This document shows positions 16,455 to 20,971 of a stretch of 20,971 nt of DNA, one piece after another. Position 1 is the stretch's first letter. Every line of letters starts with the position of its first letter. Origin of the DNA: Thermodesulfovibrionales bacterium. GTDB lineage: Bacteria; Nitrospirota; Thermodesulfovibrionia; Thermodesulfovibrionales; UBA6898. The DNA lies in the NCBI GenBank assembly GCA_044450345.1, contig JBIOIY010000054.1, positions 1 through 20,971 of the forward strand, written 5' to 3'. The notes beneath the pieces were generated by a model. That model did not search any database. It was not told where the DNA came from and saw nothing but the letters and a program-made list of their open reading frames with translations. The translations under genes were made by a program, and so were the position numbers.

Positions 16455-18653
16455 ATGATTCCGATTATCCTATTTCTGCTGTCTATCGGGCTGCAGTTGG
16501 CAGCTGCACTATACGCCGCGCTGCTGATCCGCATAACAGGACGAAAGCTGGCATGGAGTTTAATCTCTCTGGCAATGCTTCTGATGACCTGGCGCCGCGT
16601 AGTATCGCTCATTTCCCTTTTAACCGCCGGCAAAGAGGTAGTTTTTGACATTGCGGAATTAATTGCCTTGGTTACCTCCTTTTTGATGCTGCTGGGCGTT
16701 CTGCTTATAGGGGAATATTTCCGATCGATCACTGTGGCTGAGACCGAACGCAGGCGTGCTGAGGAGAAGCTGAGCATAAGGGAAAATGAATTGCGCACTA
16801 TCATAGACTCAGAGCCTGAGTGCGTTAAGATGATCGCTGAGGACGGGTCTCTCTTGCAGATGAACCCAGCCGGGCTCGCCATGATCGGGGCCGAGTCACT
16901 TGAGCAGATTCAGGGCAGGTGTATTTACCCCATGATAGAGCCTGAATACCGGCAGCAATTCCAGGAGGTGAACGAAGACGTCTTTAAGGGCGAGTCGAGA
17001 AAACTGGAATTTAAGATGACCGGTCTGAAAGGCGCTTCTATCTGGCTGGAATCTCATGCAGTGCCTCTCCGTGGTGCCGATGGCAAAATCATCGCACAAC
17101 TTGCGGTTACTCGCGACATTACGCGGCGTAAGCTTGCTGAGGAGGCGTTAAGACAATCAGAACTACGCTATAGAAATCTTATTGAAAACGCAAGAGATAT
17201 TATCTTTACCATCTCTGCAGACCAGACGATTACCTCACTAAATCCCGCATTTGAAACAATCACGGGCTGGTCAAGGGCTGATGTTATCGGTGAGGACTTA
17301 AGACAAATAATCTGTCCTGATGATTTGCCCCTGGCCTCAGAGATATTGGCAAAGGTCTTGCGTGGAGAAACACCCCCGATGTTTGAATTGCGTGTTTGTT
17401 CGAAGCCGGGCGGATACGTGGTAGGGGAGTTCATGACAACACCCCAGATAGAGAACGGAAAAGTGGTCGGAATACTGGGCATTGCGCGAGACATGACGTA
17501 TCATAAGAAACTCGAAGAGCAGCTCCTTCAGGCACAGAAGATGGAGGCGGTGGGCCAGCTTGCGGGAGGCGTGGCTCATGATTTCAACAATATTCTTACG
17601 ACCATCTTAGGGTATGGCGAGTTTTTACAGGAGCACATAGAGGCCGGCAGCCCGCTGAGAAACTATGTCGATATCATACGCACCTCCGCAAATAGGGCGT
17701 CGAACCTGACCCATAATCTCCTCGCTTTCAGCAGGAAACAGATCATTAATCCCAGACCCGTCAAGCTGAACGATATCGTAACGAGAGTCGAGAGGCTCCT
17801 GTCGAGGTTGATCGGGGAGGATATAGAGCTGAAAACGGCACTCTCAGCAGAAGACGTGATCGTCCGTGCCGACCCCTTACAGATAGAGCAGGCGTTGATG
17901 AACCTGGCCACAAATGCGAGAGATTCGATGCCTGAAGGAGGCCTGCTGATTATAGAGACCCGGAACGTGGAATTGGATGAAGACTTCATGAGAACTCATG
18001 GGTATGGCGAGCCCGGTCGCTATGCCCTTCTCGCAGTGACAGATGCTGGCATCGGGATGGATGAAGAAACGAGGAAGAGGGTATTCGAACCTTTTTTCAC
18101 GACGAAAGAGATGGGCAAAGGCACGGGACTCGGCCTTTCCATGGTTTACGGGATCGTCAAACAGCATGAGGGCTTTATAGACGTTTACAGCGAACCGGGC
18201 AAAGGCACAACGTTCAAAATATACCTTCCGGCAACTGCGCTGGAGGCCGAAGAAACAACGGTGGAGAGTCGTCCCGTCATGGGAGGTGAAGAAACGATAC
18301 TTGTGGCAGAGGACGACGAGACCGTAAGGAGGCTGACAGGCGACCAACTCAGGAAATTCGGGTATACTGTTATAACGGCGGAAAACGGCGAGGATGCCAT
18401 AGAGAAATTTATGGTAAACAGGGAAAAGATTCACCTCCTTCTCTTAGACGTAATCATGCCAAAAAAAAACGGGAAAGAGGTATATACGGAGATCAGAAAG
18501 ATCACCCCTGAAATAAAGGCATTGTTTCTCAGCGGGTATCCCGCAGATCTTATTCACAGGAGGGGGATTCTTGAAGAAGGGTTGCACTTTGTCCCTAAGC
18601 CCGTTTCGACAAGTGACCTTTTAAGGAAGGTGAGAGAAGTCCTGGACAGCTGA
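16455..18653 (+). CDS. Membrane-anchored PAS-PAS hybrid sensor histidine kinase / response regulator
   Basis: Three N-terminal hydrophobic helices, two PAS/PAC domains, H-box [32 protein letters not shown] and receiver motifs ILVAEDD...LLDVIMP...PKP. Confidence 0.95.
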   Translation: MIPIILFLLSIGLQLAAALYAALLIRITGRKLAWSLISLAMLLMTWRRVVSLISLLTAGKEVVFDIAELIALVTSFLMLLGVLLIGEYFRSITVAETERRRAEEKLSIRENELRTIIDSEPECVKMIAEDGSLLQMNPAGLAMIGAESLEQIQGRCIYPMIEPEYRQQFQEVNEDVFKGESRKLEFKMTGLKGASIWLESHAVPLRGADGKIIAQLAVTRDITRRKLAEEALRQSELRYRNLIENARDIIFTISADQTITSLNPAFETITGWSRADVIGEDLRQIICPDDLPLASEILAKVLRGETPPMFELRVCSKPGGYVVGEFMTTPQIENGKVVGILGIARDMTYHKKLEEQLLQAQKMEAVGQLAGGVAHDFNNILTTILGYGEFLQEHIEAGSPLRNYVDIIRTSANRASNLTHNLLAFSRKQIINPRPVKLNDIVTRVERLLSRLIGEDIELKTALSAEDVIVRADPLQIEQALMNLATNARDSMPEGGLLIIETRNVELDEDFMRTHGYGEPGRYALLAVTDAGIGMDEETRKRVFEPFFTTKEMGKGTGLGLSMVYGIVKQHEGFIDVYSEPGKGTTFKIYLPATALEAEETTVESRPVMGGEETILVAEDDETVRRLTGDQLRKFGYTVITAENGEDAIEKFMVNREKIHLLLLDVIMPKKNGKEVYTEIRKITPEIKALFLSGYPADLIHRRGILEEGLHFVPKPVSTSDLLRKVREVLDS

Positions 18654-18705
18654 ACTACAGTGTCAGCCGATGAAGTCAAGATTAAGACAAAGAAAGGAGA
18701 TTGTT

Positions 18706-18929
18706 ATGTCAGAAAAGGAAAAACTCACTACGAACGCCGGCGCTCCCGTCGTCGACAACCAGAACATTATGGCCGCCGGGAAGCGTGGACCGGCGCTCCT
18801 GCAGGATGTCTGGTTCCTTGAGAAACTGGCCCACTTTGACCGGAGGTGATCCCTGAGCAGCGCATGCATGCCAAGGGTTCAGGAGCCTACGGCAACGCTC
18901 TCACGCGCGAGGTACAGGCGGCAGAATGA
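18706..18929 (+). pseudogene. katA: 5' remnant of a monofunctional heme catalase, frameshifted and truncated
   Basis: AAAGGAG RBS and ATG 18706 give [47 protein letters not shown] 1-nt deletion at about 18844 leads to TGA at 18847. The shifted frame reads [16 protein letters not shown], similarity ends at about 18896, and the frame stops at 18927-18929. Confidence 0.92.
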
Positions 18930-19076
18930 TAAGACCCATTATGTCCGTGACCGCATGTGCGATAATGCATGCAAGAAGATCGTGCTGCCATATGTAAAAC
19001 ACCAGAACCGGGATGCAGGCACATAAGACAGAGCGGAAATAGTGTAAATCCAAAATGGAGCAAAGGAGGCAGTAAA

Positions 19077-19613
19077 ATGAAGAAATTTATATCGGTCGCA
19101 CTAATAGTTTTCTTGGGGCTGGTACTCGGTCCCTTGGCAGCCGATTCAGGAGAGTACCAGATGGCCGCCGCCACCCACTCCAAGGACTTTGAAAAGATGA
19201 AGGAACTGGTGGGTGTCTGGGAAGGGAAAACGGACATGGGAAAGGGAACTCAGGAAATCAAGGCTACCTATGAACTTACCTCGGCCGGAAACGCTATTCT
19301 TGAGCGGCTCTTTGTCGGGCTTCCCCATGAGATGGTCACGGTTTATCATGATTCCAACGGGAAATTAGCCATGACCCACTACTGCTCGTTGGGAAACCAG
19401 CCTCATATGGAACTCATGAATCCCGGTGAAGACAATATGTTGTTTGTCCTGTCCAAAAAGAATCACGGCCTTTCCTCAGTGAATGAAACCCATATGCACG
19501 CGCTCAAAATTTCCTTCGACAGTAAAGACAGTATCAGTCACACCTGGTCTCTTTACGAAAAGGGAGAGAAAAAATCAGATGTTGTGATTAAGTTGTCGCG
19601 CACCAAATCCTAA
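19077..19613 (+). CDS. Secreted hypothetical protein, possible beta-barrel
   Basis: AAAGGAGG RBS before ATG 19077; signal peptide MKKFISVALIVFLGLVLGPLAA; LVGVWEG and EMVTVYH...MTHYCSLGNQPHM. Confidence 0.8.
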   Translation: MKKFISVALIVFLGLVLGPLAADSGEYQMAAATHSKDFEKMKELVGVWEGKTDMGKGTQEIKATYELTSAGNAILERLFVGLPHEMVTVYHDSNGKLAMTHYCSLGNQPHMELMNPGEDNMLFVLSKKNHGLSSVNETHMHALKISFDSKDSISHTWSLYEKGEKKSDVVIKLSRTKS

Positions 19614-19638
19614 CAAAGAATATATCAATTTCAGCGGG

Positions 19639-19801
19639 CCGCCTCGGTCCCGGAAGAGTGCGTGGAGATCTTTGGTTTGCTCGGAAGATGGGACAGTCAT
19701 AAGGTGTTCGGCGCAAGGGACTACTCCCTCGCTGATTATTCAGAGGAGATTGCCGGGAGATTGCGCTAAGAACTACGGTCATGCTGCGCGAGCTTTTTGC
19801 G
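19639..19801 (+). pseudogene. Direct repeat copy 2: orphan 3' fragment of the murC-like gene
   Basis: Translates ASVPEECVEIFGLLGRWDSHKVFGARDYSLADYSEEIAGRLR*, against VSVLEGREEIFGLLGKWDSHVVFGARDDSLSDYAEEIAGRLR* in the intact gene. Confidence 0.9.
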
Positions 19802-20127
19802 CATTTCACCGACCACTCCACAAAATTAGCTTACTGAGGAGATCACACTTACCAAAAGAAACATGCTTATCTGTAGCAAGGGGATATCCGCGATGTACAT
19901 CCAGAAACAAACGCGGCCCCGACTGATTTAGAAATATCTCTTTCAGCTACTAAGTCGCGCCTCAGGCGCGGTGACATGGTTCAAGATTTCCAGATGAAAG
20001 AAAGCTTCGAAAAAAAAGACTTCTTGTCCGGCTGGTTATCATTATCAACACACGTGTCGTCCGTACCGCTTCAGGCTATCGGGGCTCATCGCAAGTGAAT
20101 CGCCTAAGACCTGTGCTGTGTGTGCGA

Positions 20128-20367
20128 TTATTTCTTTTTCGACAAAGGTTTTTTCTTAGGAGTAACTTTTATTTGTGTTATTTTTTTTGTTGTTTTCTTT
20201 GTTATTTGTTTTTTGGGTTTTGTTTGTTTCCTTACACCAGAAGTCGTCTCTGTCACCTCGACTCCGCAACAGTAAATGGGACCTAACTGCACTTCTCCAG
20301 TGGCAGTTACGACAACTTCTGAACCGCACTCTGTACACTCAAAGTTAACTATTTTTGTTTTTGCCAT
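20128..20367 (-). CDS. Small desulforedoxin-like (CxxC...CCG) protein with a Lys/Thr-rich tail
   Basis: FECTECGSEVVV...PIYCCG.EV resembles the desulforedoxin ligand pattern; AAGGA lies upstream of the ATG; basic low-complexity C-terminus. Confidence 0.65.
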   Translation of the reverse strand: MAKTKIVNFECTECGSEVVVTATGEVQLGPIYCCGVEVTETTSGVRKQTKPKKQITKKTTKKITQIKVTPKKKPLSKKK

Positions 20368-20465
20368 GATTCTTCATCCTTATATTAGTTAAGTTGTTGC
20401 AATGATCTTTTGCGTTCATGATATTTCCCCCTTTTTCGTTAGGGCACCCCACGACCGCAAGTGGT

Positions 20466-20636
20466 CTACTGAACTTCACCTCCGGGCATGGACTCTAACC
20501 TGCTAATGAGACCCGTGAGTGTCTTCTTCTCAATCTGGACGCCTTTTTCGTCGCCCATCTTTTCTACTTCCTTCAGATAATGCTGCAGGGCGGTCATTAT
20601 CGCAGCCGCCTCCGAATTGTTCACTTTCAAATTCAT
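20466..20636 (-). CDS. 56-aa hypothetical protein (not in the ORF track)
   Basis: AAAGGAGAG RBS, ATG 20636, MNLKVNNSEAAAIMTALQHYLKEVEKMGDEKGVQIEKKTLTGLISRLESMPGGEVQ, TAG at 20468-20466; co-oriented with both neighbours. Confidence 0.7.
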   Translation of the reverse strand: MNLKVNNSEAAAIMTALQHYLKEVEKMGDEKGVQIEKKTLTGLISRLESMPGGEVQ

Positions 20637-20710
20637 CGTTTTACTCTCCTTTCTTTGTTGGAATAATGCTTTTATAAAATACTATCTGAGGTGAGCTTAT
20701 ATTTAATTTC

Positions 20711-20971
20711 TTAAACTACGCCCCCTTCTCCTTTGAGATACCCCACTACTTGTGGATTAGGTTTTGGAAGACCTGCTACCTTCCATGCGGTGAGAGGTTC
20801 TATAAACTTTTCGGTTATACATTCCTTGGGCTGGTGAACGTTCTTACAGATAGAACCGAGAAGCGGGAAAAAGTTATATTTTCTGTAATGATCCCTCAGG
20901 AATTTGATAATCTCCATTCTATCTTGGGTGAGCTCTTCGATTCCCTCATTCTCTGCCAATGCGCACGCCAC
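20711..20971 (-). CDS. TusE/DsrC/DsvC-family protein lacking the C-terminal Cys (5' end outside the window)
   Basis: ALAENEGIEELT...IIKFLRDHY...P...AWKVAGLPKP. Confidence 0.85.
   Translation of the reverse strand: MACALAENEGIEELTQDRMEIIKFLRDHYRKYNFFPLLGSICKNVHQPKECITEKFIEPLTAWKVAGLPKPNPQVVGYLKGEGGVV

Noticed and set aside
10288..18434. Minus-strand ORFs over mglBA, U32, the MurC-like gene and the kinase
   Set aside because: They are antisense shadows of well-supported plus-strand genes.
18969..19076. Longer start for the secreted protein
   Set aside because: The strong RBS and signal peptide begin at ATG 19077.
20345..20419. 24-codon minus-strand ORF MNAKDHCNNL... with a GGGGG RBS
   Set aside because: It could be another truncated gene start, but it is too short to assign and overlaps the next gene out of frame.

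Overview
A bacterial chromosomal window, probably from an anaerobic Nitrospirota (Thermodesulfovibrionia-like) or deltaproteobacteria-like organism; the taxonomy is inferred from gene content only. A minus-strand housekeeping operon runs yicC-remA-gmk-rpoZ-coaBC-TPR-mglC-aroQ-M24 peptidase-efp-accB-accC (9883 to 1151). A divergent plus-strand run carries mglB, mglA, a SprT/YgjP-like metalloprotein, rnhA, a U32 (TrhP-like) protein, a Zn-finger membrane protein and a MurC-like ligase (10415-15875). The window therefore holds mglA, mglB and mglC of the Myxococcus-type polarity switch within about 6.4 kb. Several decayed or mobile features are missing from, or mis-framed by, the ORF track. These are the left end of an IS630 element inserted in a nonsense-mutated beta-propeller gene (1-777), a frameshifted 3' remnant of porB (9994-10379), a frameshifted 5' remnant of a heme catalase (18706-18929), and an ~82%-identical second copy of the murC-like 3' end (19639-19801). 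The two murC-like copies bracket a ~3.7 kb accessory block with a PAS-PAS hybrid histidine kinase, the catalase remnant and a secreted protein. The right end has three small minus-strand genes: a desulforedoxin-like protein with a Lys-rich tail, an unlisted 56-aa ORF, and a DsrC/TusE-family protein lacking the C-terminal Cys.
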